From positions 32,922,001 through 32,986,000 of the forward strand of contig OZ004608.1 of NCBI GenBank assembly GCA_963924565.1: a stretch of 64,000 nucleotides of DNA, in the 5' to 3' direction. The position numbers and the translations under genes are program-made. Within the stretch, counting starts at the first letter, position 1. Each line of letters starts with the position of its first letter. The notes beneath the pieces are model-generated. The model had not been told where the DNA came from. It did not search any database and was given only the letters and a program-made list of their open reading frames with translations. The DNA is from Ascidiella aspersa. Taxonomy: Eukaryota. Below, piece after piece: positions 1 to 13,000 of the stretch.

Positions 1-1502
1 CAGCACATAAGGTTTATATCGTTATGGTGACTTCGATGTATCATCAGAACACGACTTAAGCGCAACACAATATATAGCGGTCCGAGTGTGTATATTGAGA
101 GAACGTTAGTCATAGTTTTATGTGAGTTAACATGAAAAATAGTAGGTGGCCTAGTTTCACCTTAATCCAGTGTTGTAATAATAACGGGCTGGGAAACGGA
201 TCAAAAGAGGCAATATTTTCTGATCAAGGGTATTACATGACAAAAAAACTTGTTAAAAATGTATTCATTTCTCTTTTCGAGTGGCCAGTCAACCCTTCCC
301 GGGAACACATTAGTCATCGAAAATCACGAATGACATGCGCTGGACTGCAGACCGCACGAATTGCGATGCAGCAAAACGAAAACGCAGTTTCCTAGTATCG
401 AATAGGCCTTCTGTCTCGAATGCAGTTCATGTAGGTTTAGTTGAAAATGACCGGCCTTTATTACTGTCCTTTACGTACTTTTATCTTTAAATTAGTCCAG
501 AGAGAGTAATATTGTTAGGGCTTTGACAAATCGCAAACAACCTATTAAGAACTCTTCACGAAGACAATGATAAGCGTTAGATATAGTGTAATATTTTATT
601 CGCCGGCGTAAAATACTTTAGGCAAAGAGTTTATTTACAATTTGTATGTGAATCATATTATTGGTGCAATACGCAGCAGGTATGTGTTTGCAAGAATCCT
701 ATTGGCGATTTATAAATCCACCTCAAAACACCGCAGATGTTAAGACTGGACTATGGATAAGCAGGACATCATATCCAACATGTTATTAATCCAAAGTGCG
801 CAATCAGCTGTACATTTCGTTTTTCCTGAGACAGGTTTCTCATTAATACTTCATCTTCAAGTAGGTTTAGGAAAAACAAACTTGTACCAGGCAGAGAGCA
901 GTTTCACTGAAGGAGAATTCAAAACATGGATTTCTCGATCGCACGAAGAGATAATGTCAGGTTATATTGCCACTTAATGCACTTAACTACTCCAGATTTT
1001 AGATTTTTTCTTTTCACCCAAGTCCGCTATTAATTTCCACGAACACTTCGCGGTTAAGTGTTAGCAGATGCTGAAAATAAATTTCTACAAATTGGATACC
1101 ACCCATTGAGAAAACTTGTTTTTTCTAAATCAAACATTTTACAACTTGAAAAGCTCTCTAAGTTTTTAAACAGACCATTTCTGGAAACAATGGACTATTT
1201 ACAAGGTGATTGTTAATTTAAAACGTGTTGTTGTTTTTTTTCAACAAAAACATGTGTTTAGAATTAGACCAAAGTTTCTTAATAAGTAAAACTTCCTAAG
1301 ACCCTGGAGGTTTAACAGTGTTAAACAAATCATTCCCGTTGTCAACGCATTTGTTGAAGTTGGTGTGTCTTTAAGGTTTTGCTTGCATTTATTTTACCAT
1401 TGGCATACAGAAAAGAAAAAAATTACAAGTATAAATAAAACTAGGGAGAATTGATGGAGCCCAGTACCCCAGCTTTTAAACGCTGGTTGAGGCCATATTA
1501 AT

Positions 1503-1917
1503 CGGTGTTGTAATGACTTAAGTCAACGACTGGTTTTCAAATGACTTGACTTAAGTCTTTCGGACAAATTACTTGACTTGACTTGACTTGAATTAAGTCT
1601 TTTGGCCACATGACTTCTGTAATTCTCTTTTTAATAAAATTGAGCTATTATCCAAATTTTCGCACATAATACAATTTTCTTGCTATATGTTGCGTTTTTC
1701 TCTTATGTTTTAGTTCAGTAATTGCTCATAATCGTACGAGTTTAAAAACTCCAATAGTTCAACGTTTTATTTTTACGACACGGACGTGACTTGAAATTGA
1801 CTTGGACTGGGACTTGACTTGTTATTTATTCGAAACGACTTGACTTTGAATTAAGTTATTTTACAAATGACTTGACTGGGACTTAAGTCATTTTAAAATG
1901 ACTTGTTTACAACACTG
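1503..1917 (+). mobile_element. Non-autonomous hAT-type MITE with GACTT-rich subterminal repeats
   Basis: Termini CGGTGTTGTAA and TTACAACACTG are inverted. A perfect 8-bp TSD ATATTAAT lies at 1495-1502 and 1918-1925, and GACTTGACTT arrays lie near both ends. Related copies: ~22790-23369 (-), 28149-28545 (+), ~29650-29870, ~42270-42340, ~48195-48354 (-). Confidence 0.88.
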
Positions 1918-3918
1918 ATATTAATAGCCCTCCTTCAGTATATGCACAAATTTGGCGTCGCAAATATGATTGAAGACGTGAAAAACACGAACTGGGCTTC
2001 GGGAAGTTTAAGAAAGGCGTAAACATACAAGCCTGGCAACGATTTAAAGCGGGTCTTGGGAACCAGGCGCTAAAAAAGCCCCAGAAAGCCCCCCATCCAG
2101 CAAGCGACAACTCTACCAGTCCAGTTTAGATCGAGCGAATATATCTTGCAATATGTACGTGACGGAACGCACAAAACGAACCACGTTCATCCCGACTACG
2201 CCCCCAAACGTGACTCTCTTATACGTCCAAAACGCAATGCTGCTGCTTACAGTTATACAACTGACAGGGAGCCGCAGGGTTTAGGGGTTTAACGCGGCTG
2301 ACAGAAGCCAGACAAGACAAGGCTAGACGCCCACGCCCGTAAAAAACGTTAAACGGCAATTATTTTTAGACGAGGCCATGTTGCAATTCGGCATTGGCGA
2401 TAATCATAATCATTGCTCCCATTTGCGTAATTGTTCATACAATCCGGTCTTGGTTTTAACGTTTGTCGCCGCCGCGGATTTCTAAACTGCCGCCTGATTA
2501 GGCCCTCGTGCTATCTAAACGGGGAGGATAACACTTCTAAATGCGAAATCGAGAAAGTGCTGGCCGGAAAGCTAGCTCGCTTAAGATCACCACTCTCCGA
2601 TTTCGCAAGCCATTTTGTCGCCGATTTTCGGCTTAGGCGTTTAAGGAAACTGTATATACCAGCTACGGCCTCATAAAAGGCTTAGATCCAGGATTTAGTC
2701 TAAAACAAAGCGCAGTTGTTTTCGACCTGCGTACAGTGACAGATTTGGTTGGTGTAAAACGTTAAATAAGTCGTTAAAATGCAACTGTTTTGATTTTCAA
2801 TCTGACAAATATAGACCAAACAGATTGGGTTATATCCATCTGTTTCTATAGACAACTTAAAGCAGTAATTTTTTGGTAATTATCCCACTTGTTTCGTGGT
2901 GTGTACATTTACTCAGCTATATGTTTGACTGTTTCTTTTATAAAATAACTGAAAAGCGGGCAAAAATCAATCTAATTTCTCCGCAAATAGGCCAATTGAA
3001 GATGTAATTTCTCTGCTAATAATAGGATGGTGGATGACTATAAATACACCGGGAGATAGTTAAGGCTGTGGCGCAGTTCGTTGTTAGATATTATTATTCA
3101 CGCGGAGGTGTGGTGGTGATACAACGCTTTTGGAAATCAAAGATGATGTTAGGAGAAACAAAATCGAACGACGGAAGGTGCGATTGCGGGACTTGACTTT
3201 TTGTTAGGCTTTAAGGTGGTTAACATGGAAAAGTCTGTGGGTGCGTTGTTCACCAGAGATTTACCGACCACCTGTAATCTTGTTAACACGTTCTAATTCG
3301 CTTGCAAATAAGCGAAAAATTAGAAACAAGTCATACATCAAGACCAGAGGATAGTGATAAATTAAAATGCCAACCAATTTAGCTTGAAATCGCGTATTTT
3401 TTTTTAAGTGGAGTTTGTATAATCTTAGACTTACTATAATAAATAAGGGCAAAGCACGCAGTTGAACAGGCAGTATGGAAGGAGCTAGACCTAAGAACAT
3501 GTTAAAAATGATGCAAGGAGGTATATTTATCTATAGTGTAGGAGATTTTACCGATTGCAATGGAAGGTTGCTTTACAAAAGAGTTTAACGAATGAGAAAG
3601 GATTTAGATTTAAAAACGTAAGAAGTGGGTGAGGCTTAACCAAGTGCGTAACATTTTTCTTGCGCGACCATGGTTTAAAAGGTTCAATTTTTCACATAAG
3701 TTTGATAATTGAATTTGTATAGGGTGCGTTTCTTTGGCTTTTGACAATTTCAACCGCGTATCCCTAAAGTGCCGAATACGGGCCTAGAGTGACGTACCAC
3801 ATTCAGTATACTATTGAAATAAAATATCCGAAATTGTAAGTTACCTCCATAGGTGATATACTTTTCAATTTTCAGGCCTAAAATAATTAAAGTTAGACAT
3901 TTTAAAGGGTGTAAAAAG

Positions 3919-3957
3919 AAAGATATATTTCGCCCAAAATGGCAACATCAGTATTTT
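3919..3957 (-). ncRNA. Degenerate minimal hammerhead ribozyme motif (A9>U)
   Basis: Minus strand reads CTGATGT-T-GCC-ATTTTG-GGC-GAAA-TATA-TC. Same family as 4948-4989, but a core A9 is substituted and stem I is weak. Confidence 0.5.
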
Positions 3958-4206
3958 CACGGGTTCATTCAAATTAAGAGACTGATAATAATATTATGAT
4001 TGAAATCTATTTCTTGTTTACATTAAAAAATTGTTTATCAGAAACGTCTGAAAAATAATATCGTCATTTGAAGTCATTTTCGTCATTTACTTATACAAGG
4101 TAAAATGATTACTTTTGATAAAAAATTGGTTCGCTGTAGTTGGGTGGACAAATCGTATAGTACGAAACACCGGCAGCTATCGATGAAATTCTATCTAAGG
4201 GTGACT

Positions 4207-4775
4207 AAGGGTATCGGCTCCGATCCGATATTATCGGACATCCCTATAAGAGCGTAATCGCGCTGTGGAAGCCACCTCTAACACCCCATCTGTCGAAAAC
4301 GTCGTGGATTTTCAACGACTCGTCGAATAAAGGTTTTGTGAGAACCAAAGTGAGAATTGCAGAGCACAATTCGGCTTCAGCAATCAAAACGAGCGCCCGC
4401 AATCTGTTACTATGAATATTTGATGACGCTCAAACGGACCTTTAGTTTGTTTTTTGCGCCGTGCGTCAGCTGCCGTAGAAACGCAACCAGATTTGTTTGG
4501 GGGACTCGCTAATGAGCTGCGTCAGTGCTCCGACAATTAAAGGTTAACGCTACCGATATATTTGGCGGAAGGTTACCTGTTTCTAATCTGGTTTCGTGCC
4601 CTTTCAGTTATAGGGTTAACCTTTGTGGTTTTGTGCTTCTTGTTACCTTTTATTGGGTTTGGCCACATTATGAATTCGCTAAGCTGTGTCATTCCGATGA
4701 TTGACAGTTATCGCTAGGGATGTCCGATAATGTCCAGTCGGAGCCGACACCCGATGCTATTTTATAGTATCGAAC
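4207..4775. repeat. Two oppositely oriented ends of the TAGGGATGTCCGATA / CCGATAC repeat family
   Basis: TTATCGGACATCCCTA (4231-4246) and TAGGGATGTCCGATAA (~4715-4730) are reverse complements. Related CCGATAC-rich pieces occur at ~15870-16340, ~35870-35925, ~37100 and ~41420-41525. Confidence 0.6.
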
Positions 4776-4947
4776 TCTTCTAATACTATAGAAGGGCGTA
4801 TCTTTATGGAATCCAAACCATTGGCAGCAGGTTTCTACTTGTCGAACAGTGTTCCGCTGACGCGTATATAAATAATAAAAAAACTCAAAGTTTAAATAAA
4901 ACTCAAAAGTTTAAAAACCAGAGTTAAATCAGGATCAGTTTTTTAAA

Positions 4948-4989
4948 AAGGAATATATATTTCGCCTATACTGGCATCGTCAGTTCCTT
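4948..4989 (-). ncRNA. Minimal type-I hammerhead ribozyme motif (Penelope-like element type)
   Basis: Minus strand reads AAGGAA-CTGACGA-T-GCC-AGTATA-GGC-GAAA-TATA-TA^TTCCTT. The core is intact, with a 3-bp stem II, a perfect 6-bp stem I (AAGGAA/TTCCTT) and a palindromic stem III region. Confidence 0.8.
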
Positions 4990-5919
4990 ATTCAAATAGA
5001 ATCTTCTGATAGTAGTATAAGTGCCGGCCAGATACCAAACTGGTATAGAAGTTTTAGACATGATTAGTGACCCAACGAGGTGATTTCAATCTCGAAGTGT
5101 AGGTTTTTTTAACAGAAGGTTAAGAACAGGAGGTAAAACTTTCAACGCAAAAGGAAATTATCAAATAACAATATGAAGAAATGCATTAAGCGAACTGCTC
5201 TATAAGGTTTCAATTACCCAATAGGCGAAGTGTTTAACCACCGTATACACGCGGTAATAGTAAAAATCAGATGCCTATACCATGCATCTCGTCTCATTTC
5301 TAAGAGTACCGCGAAACACTGGAAATATCTAAAGGAATTTTACAGTATTGATACTGCGACGAATAACATTATTTCTGTCAAAAGCACACCTACAACGTTG
5401 GGCTTTTTGTCAAATCTTTTTTAATAAGTGTTAAAATATAATTGGCTTTTATAGAGACAAAGTAGTCCGCATTTAACGATGTAGTTGAGCCTCACCTTAG
5501 TTATACGTCATCGTTCTAACGCGAATATCCGTCATCGCCTTTTAATTAGGTAAAGTTCGCCATTAGGGCGGCTAAAGGCCGTGGGTTGCCGTCTACACAA
5601 TTGTGTAGGAGGGGGTGTACTTAGCGTTTAACTTGGCCAACAGGGAGATTGAGATTGATTTACTAGCGCTACGGTTTTCCACAGTATAAACAGTTTCCAA
5701 GTCTAATAAATTTTTAGTATGTGGGCTAAATTTTGAGGGGAAAACATGTTTTTTTTCTCATTAATTACCCTTTCTTCAGTTTTCTACAGAATGTTTTTAA
5801 CTTATAGAATGTCGAAAACATAAAAGTCGGTATTGTTTATTTAGTAAATATTTAGACCAGTCTTTGAGCTGTAATTAATAAACAAAAACAATTTATGGCT
5901 TGCATGTAACTGCGGAAAC

Positions 5920-6188
5920 CAGCTCTCTTAAACTGGGGACCGTGAGGAAGTTTAAAGACCTCAGTGCAAAAATTAGAGTTTACTTATTGATAAGCTATGT
6001 TAGAGAAAGCGCATTTTGCTCATTCAGTATTAATGATAATAAATAATTTGACAGCTATTTACAGTGGACTCAGAGTACTGGTTTGAATGTTAGATAATTA
6101 TTGGAACCGGTTCATGGTTTAAAAAGTCAATAGGGAACTCGTAATTTAATGGAATAGGTCCTCTCGGTAAAAAGTTTAAGAACCGCTT
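5920..6188 (+). mobile_element. Degenerate hAT (Charlie-like) MITE
   Basis: Starts CAGCTCTCTTAAACTGGGG and ends AAGTTTAAGAACCGCT. Similar to the element at 18886-19223 and to the end at ~19902. Confidence 0.55.
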
Positions 6189-6506
6189 TTGAAACTAATA
6201 TTCATACGCAGTGTTTTTTTAAGGTGTTTTGGATTCAAATTTCTCCAGCGGTTTCCCAAATTTTGGACTTTTTTGTATTTAAATGAAACACTTGCGGTCT
6301 CTTAAAACTACTTACCTGTCACCCAAACCAAACCTTAAAAAAAAACTGTTCATACGTCTTGGTCCCGTGGTTATTGTGATTTGTCATTATTAGTCGCATG
6401 GTCTGTTATTGTGGCGGCGTGTCGATAAGCACGTGATTTTCCTTGGTATAACCTTCTCAGTTTCGCGCTCCCGATTTAAATTTAGTGGCGGCGTGATGAT
6501 GGTAGA

Positions 6507-6919
6507 CAGGGTTGCCAGTTAGGATTTTTAAAGCCAAATTTAAATATTTACGCTTTTTTGAACCTCTTAAGATTTTATTTTTTCAAAAAAAAAAATCCAA
6601 ATGAAATTTGGCTTTTTTAGGCTTTTTTTGTTTTATTCAAGAATTTCAGGAGTGTTAGGTTAAGAAGAGATCAAACTAACACAAAACGAGAAAAATTGCC
6701 AAAAAAAATTAAAAAAAGAGAAAAAATTGCAAATTAAATTTTACAAAAAGTTACAAAAAATTGAGAAAAATTGCCACAAAAAGAGAAATTCAATGTACAA
6801 GCATGACCATTTATTTCATTTTGTATTAATTTAAGGAAAAACGTAGGCTTGTTAGAGTTTGAAGTAGATTTTTTTTTAGGTAAGTTTGACTTTTTTGTTT
6901 TTGTCATCTGGCAACCCTG
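6507..6919. mobile_element. MITE with 12-bp CAGGGTTGCCAG TIRs (hAT-like termini)
   Basis: CAGGGTTGCCAG at 6507 and CTGGCAACCCTG ending at 6919 form a perfect inverted repeat. Flanks ATGGTAGA and ATGGAGTA look like a partly decayed TSD. Confidence 0.75.
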
Positions 6920-8500
6920 ATGGAGTAAAAGGCCGGAGAACGAAATCGGGCGAAAGTGCTTTTCCCGTAAATTTAGAACCGCGTGGAATCCTGCCAGTGT
7001 GTGTGTAGGAAGTGGCGCGTCGCACTGCATTTACCGTGTAACGATAACAGCCCTGGGGGCATTTGAGCACTTCGAATTCTTGAACGCGATGTCAGCATTC
7101 GCGACAGGATGTTATCATCGCCTGTAGTCGATGGATGTGTAGGACGAGGTGAGAGGTGGTAAAGGTTTGAAGATGAAATAACGGGAAAATGCCGAATCGA
7201 AATTAGCTGCGTTAAATCCGCCAAAATAACCAAACGTGGAAAATAGGACAGAACAAATGCTACTAGATGAGATAAAAAAATATTTTTTATGCGAAAAGCA
7301 CTTAATTACTGAATTGCAAGGAGAGAGTGCAAATACTGTCGATACACAGTAGTCAGAAATGCTAATTGGTTGAGCAAAAAATATTTCTTTTAATATATAC
7401 CTCAGGGTTATAATTCTGGTTATTTACTGTGCATCGTTTGATTACGGGGTCGTTTTTCAGTACGTTCTTTTTGTAGGTATTCAAACTCGCGGATTCCGCG
7501 CTTGAAATCGCACGAGCAACAAAGCACTTCGGTTGTGACTTCAAACAATAGAAACCCCGCCCACCTTTTAGAGAAGCGTTAGGTGTAAGCAGCTTGAAAG
7601 CGCAGACAGGCGCGAACGCATTGTTACAACCTTGAACTTGCGAAAGAAAAAAGGTTGGGCTCTCTCTTTAGAGGCCGTCAGTCTTTTTCAACGTTTTCGC
7701 TTCAGTTTCTAGCGTTGGTAACATATGGCTGTGAGTTTTATAAAGTCACGCCAATTGAATGCTGACTTTGACCTAGGCATTTTGCTTTGGGAACGTGTGG
7801 GAACGGCCTTTCCCTATTGTGTGTTATAGGGAAAGTCGGAAAGGGCTCTTTATATCGCTGCGTGCACAAAGCGTGAGAAACAATTTTCTTTTCTTTTTTG
7901 GCGTTACAATAACCTTACCTTAAGCCATATGCTGCTTTATTAATGTAACGGTTTTCCATATTGTTCAGATCCGCGTGGTTCGCTTGCAATGTTTGCGCGA
8001 GTTTTGTTATTTTAAATAATCTTTGGTGAAGCCGTATGGCAGCAACATATGCTATATGTGAAGGTTAGTTGAGGTTACAAACGAGTAGGTTGTGAAGTGT
8101 CAAATAAGTTTTCCAAAGAGACAGACACAATAAGGGACATCGACTTAGTTTTGGACTCGTTAGCTACAATTTAAAACATTTTGAAGTATAGTGCAAGAAA
8201 AAAAGTGAAGTTAAGACAGCGTTACAGTCGAAAGAAAACTTCAACTTAAAAAAGTTGCTGGTATGGTAAAAGTTAAACTGCTTGACACAAAATTTAATAT
8301 TAATGAGGTACACTATGCACTGATCTGTAATGAACCTTCATAATGAATCTCAAAGTCAAAAAGGTCGAGTAGATCGACATCATCTTGATAAAGACATATC
8401 ATCTTCAGTTAGTGTGACTGTAACATATATAAACATAACTTACAAAAGGTCGAACTCAATTCTTATCAATCTGAGTTTCGAAATTTTGGAAATATTTCAG

Positions 8501-8549
8501 TTGAATTAACTGATGATAATACAAGCAGGTATCGAAACGTCTTTTTCAA
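8501..8549 (+). ncRNA. Minimal hammerhead motif in a Penelope-like remnant (~8325-8550)
   Basis: CTGATGA-T-AATAC-AAGCAG-GTATC-GAAA-CG-TC^TTTTTCAA. The first stem II pair is an A.C mismatch. Flanking 8325-8410 is homologous to 17123-17230. Confidence 0.6.
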
Positions 8550-10007
8550 TATGATTTCGATTTACTCCACCTTTTAGGTATTGAGATTCATTGTCAAGCT
8601 CATAAATGGCAAGCAAATTGCAAATAGGTTCTTAATGTTCAAAATAGCCCAGTGAAAAATTATTTTGTTGTTTTTTGCTTTATCGTTCAACGTTGCTCTT
8701 GGCGGCCCTACATAAAACACATTCTGATTGATCGCCAAACTTTGTAAAACTAATGGCATACGTTTGGCGCAAAAGTTCCTGGAAAATTTCCCCACTCATT
8801 TCGGCTTCCAACTCAAGATAAATGTGTGAATGCTCGTTCGAGTCTGTTACGCTTTATGTTCTTTCGAGTGTTCAGTAAACACAAGAACATGCAATAATTT
8901 ATTTGTTTGCTGTGTCTTACCTGTAGTTATTAAATAAATCCCAATTTTAAACAAGAACTTGGTTTTACATTTACTGTCTGCAGAAGGTTACTTAATTACA
9001 AAGTATTGGATAGGGAAGGATACCTGATGCCAAGCGGTAGTATCACCCGATAAGGCTGGTATTAGGTCCAATACGATACCTGGATAACACATTAACATAG
9101 GAATTTTAGTCATTTTTTTGTTTTCAAAGGCAGCCATTAAATCTCGCCTTTCGTGCATAATGGTTTGAGGTTGTAGTAAGACGTAGTAAGAATGTTAAAG
9201 CCAATACAGAAGAAGTTAACACTTTGAACGCTTTGATTACCTCTTTATTCAATTTCAACAGTAAAAATGTAGAAAGGATTTTGAAAATGAATACAGAGTT
9301 ATGCGAAACGTACAAAATGATACCTACTTCATATTCTTACTTCGTCTGACTGATAGTTATCCAGCATTCGGCCCTTATTTACAGAAAACTTGTTGCCCAG
9401 TTTCGAAAGTCCTTTTTTAGAGAAGTGACCGCACTGGGAAGGACTTAAGTCAGTTGTTTACAGCAGTGTTTCTTAAACAGGTGAATGGTTTACCCCAGGG
9501 TGAACAAAATTTTTGCAGGGGTGAACCAACCAAAAGGAGTGAATAAGGGTGAACCGTCAGAAATGGATGATAGCTCTGCAGTAAATCCACTACTTGTTTT
9601 TTGGTGTGTTTTTTTGCTTATTGTAATAGTAAAGTTGGTTTGCACTGAGTGCGTAAGTACAAAAATTTGGTGACTGTGTTTTTTTGTGCTTTTGTAGCTT
9701 TATATTTCTGGACTCGAGAAATCGTACATTTGCAATGGTAAAACTTAGCTTGAGTTGATCTTAACAAAAATCGAAACAACCCAAGTCATTTTGTGCTGTT
9801 ATATATAGACGAGATACTTTTATCATATCATGAGACAAGGGTGAACGAAATCTGGAGATAGATGCTAGGGGTGAAGAAAACTCAAAACACTGGTTCACAG
9901 CACTGCTATTACCACGTGACATTCACACGTTTATATTTCCCCCCAAACAGCGCTAGGGTGATTTTACGTCAAGCCGCCACAGTGTGACATGCCCGATCGC
10001 GTGCGCA

Positions 10008-13000
10008 ATGATGCGTAACGACATGACAGACCAGGAGCAACGAAAAAACGGCAACAGCGAAGAGGGAATTCGTCCCGACTACAGCGGCAGCAGTTTGCAG
10101 GCATCGGCCGACAAAAACGGCACCGATTTGGACTTTGGCGCTTTCACAACGCCCGGGAACCCGGACGCCGGCGGTAAAAGCGGCTTCATGGACTTCAATA
10201 TCACGGCAGGAGTTTTCATGGTGCTCATGATCGCCATTGTGACCACACTGCTGTTGTGCTGCTGCAAGATGTACGTGGTTTGCAGAAAGAGACGCAGGCA
10301 GAGGCAGCCGGGCTGGGAGAGACGGGTAAGGAGTTTTCTTCGTTTGAAGTTAATTTAAACGCTCGGTACGAGCCTTTTTCGGGGAGACCCCAATTACCTA
10401 TGGTAGTATAACAGTAAATATTTGCATATATTGGTTAAATTGGAAAAACTTTTAAAATTAGAACCAAATTTCAATAAATCTAACCGTGTGGACTACTATA
10501 GGAGGCGAAAGGAGACCCAACCAAATCAAAGGGCCACCCAATTTTGGGACGCGACCCATCGATTGGGAAACACTGACTTAGACTAAATAAGTGCGCTCTA
10601 GCTAAGGTTTTGTATTATCTTAACAATAAGGTATTGGAAGGACTTTAAATGTAACGTTTAAGGATGATGAAGGTTGAAAACCCTTTCTAGAGTCATGTTA
10701 GTCTTACAACGTTGCTAAGAAGAGGGACTTTAGCCCTACGATGTCCTACATTTTATTGCTTTCCTTATTCTACTTCGCAAAACGAGATTTTGTTCGTTTT
10801 AGGTTGATTAGGACACTTCCTAATATAGGTCCTAAATTTAGTTTTGGGAGTCAAGCTGCTTTCACAATAATGTTGCTAAACGAGGTTGTTTCATCGGTTT
10901 TCCGGGGGAATAAATAGTTAGAACAATGCCGCTTGATCCTTAGGGCATTTATATTGTGTCACAATGCAATCTGCGGCAGCGCAACAGGTTAATTTGCATG
11001 CAAACAGTAGGGTATCGCATTATGGCAAGACACTTTTTTGGTAAATTCAGTTTACAAACTCGACCTTTGTGACAGTTAAAAAGCCAAAAACATTATTGCA
11101 TTTTTTTTCAAAAAACCGGCGTGCAAATTCAGCTTTGGCGCGACAACCAAGCAACCTGGCTTCCATCTCACGAGTTGGATGAATGCTGCAGTGTTTAGCA
11201 GTGATTTTGCTTCGAATTGGCGCCTAACCAATGCTGCTATCTAGTAAGAACTCTCAAAATATTCGTGTCGCTATCAACGACTGATAAAGACGGGCCTTAG
11301 CGTAGGCTGCACGCCCACTGCTCTGTGATGTCATAACGATAACGTTTATGCCGTTAACAATGTACAGTGGCTGTAGCTGGCTCGTTTGACGAGCTTTTGC
11401 AAGGCTAGTGTAAACACGCGTGTTATCATTACGGCCCGAACCGCTTGGCCTGCTGGGCACAGGCTGCAGCAGTGGCTTATCAATCTCACTTATTTTGCAT
11501 AACTTGCCGTTTCGGAGAAAAACCTCGGACGACGCATATGACTTTAAACTTTACGGAAGGCAGCAGTACAGCATTAGCTGCTGGGCGTTGTGTTATTGGG
11601 TAAACCTATAGTCTGTCTTCGCTTATTACTCGTATAAAACAACTCTAAAATGTACTAAACACGTGTCCAATTTTATCAACTAAAGCGATTTTTGATTGAA
11701 CAAATTGCATATGTGAGATAATAATGCTATATGCCAAGTGTAACTCTTACAATTTTCTTAATATTAGTTATTTGCTATCAATTTTGTCTGCCAAGTGTAA
11801 GGGCTCTTTTGTATCTTGACAAGCGACCCCACTTTTGTCGCGAACCATACGTTAGGAATCAATGGGTTGAAGACCAAATTTTGCCGAAACGTTTGGCGCT
11901 AATAGTTTTCATCCTTTGCAATTACAAATCCTCATTATTGTAAAAACTATTTGTGGTTGGGGGTGACGGAATTACGAATGTAAGACATAAAGTAAGAAAT
12001 AAAACAGATTTACTTTCCCCAATACCAAGCGAACCTAACGGTTTGCCGGGGACAACGGCTTACCCAACTCTTCCCCAAAAGTTATGTGGTGTTGTAGGAA
12101 TTCTATAAAACGTATCGAAATCTCTACCTATGTTTAATATTTAAACTATTAAAATACAGTAGGGCATAATCCGATAGCAATGTGTCCTGTCTGTGCACGT
12201 TAAATTCTGGGCCAATTTCGCCTTGTAATCATGTCCGAATAAGGATTACTTTCAGATTATGATAACCCTAGATAGACCACACCCCAATATAATTAAAATT
12301 TAAACCGCTGCTTTCTTAGGTACAAGGAAAATTGCTGAGAAACGGCGGATTTTAATGTGTTTCTGTTGCGCACACAGAGTATTAGCCAACGACAAGCCAG
12401 GAAATATGTTTTCTTGGGACGAGGACATTCTTCTTTATTTACACTGTAGCTTTCGCTTCGAATAAGAGCGTTCGGCAGTGTATATATTTGCTTGAATATA
12501 GACTCCCTACATACGCTGCTGGTTTAAATTTAAACGATGCGATAACCGCGTGACGACATAATCGAATCGATTGTGACGCCAAAAAGCGAAAAGCAAATCC
12601 GCTTGAATCCAGCCAAGCTAAGAAATAAGAAACCTTTACGAAGTCCGACTGGCGTTGGATAAATAGCAATGCGTGGAATTGAATAATCGGATTTGGGTCG
12701 CCGAAGGTCACCTCCTCTGTGATGTAGAACTTTCCCCGAAAAGTATCGTTATAATAATGGCTGCTTTAGTTGACCGCTGTGCACAGAGCCCATGGCTTTG
12801 CTTTGTTCCCAATGCGATTCTTTCCTTCAGTGTAAAGTTTACATGGACATCTCCACAAACATAAGGCTTACATTGATATAAATACACGTATTTTTTTACT
12901 CTTTTTTAACTGCAGTTTATACTGCTGAACAGGGTGTATGTTGTGTTTCATATTCTTTTCAACCACGTTTAGCCCAAAACCAATAGGTCTCCAGATATTC

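Noticed and set aside
9278-9320. TTGAAAA-T-GAATA...TATGC-GAAA-CG-TA
   Set aside because: Two core substitutions and a poor stem I. Not distinguishable from chance.
1-9900. Short ORFs in the first 10 kb
   Set aside because: No recognisable domains or consistent exon chain. Several overlap MITEs or AT-rich sequence.
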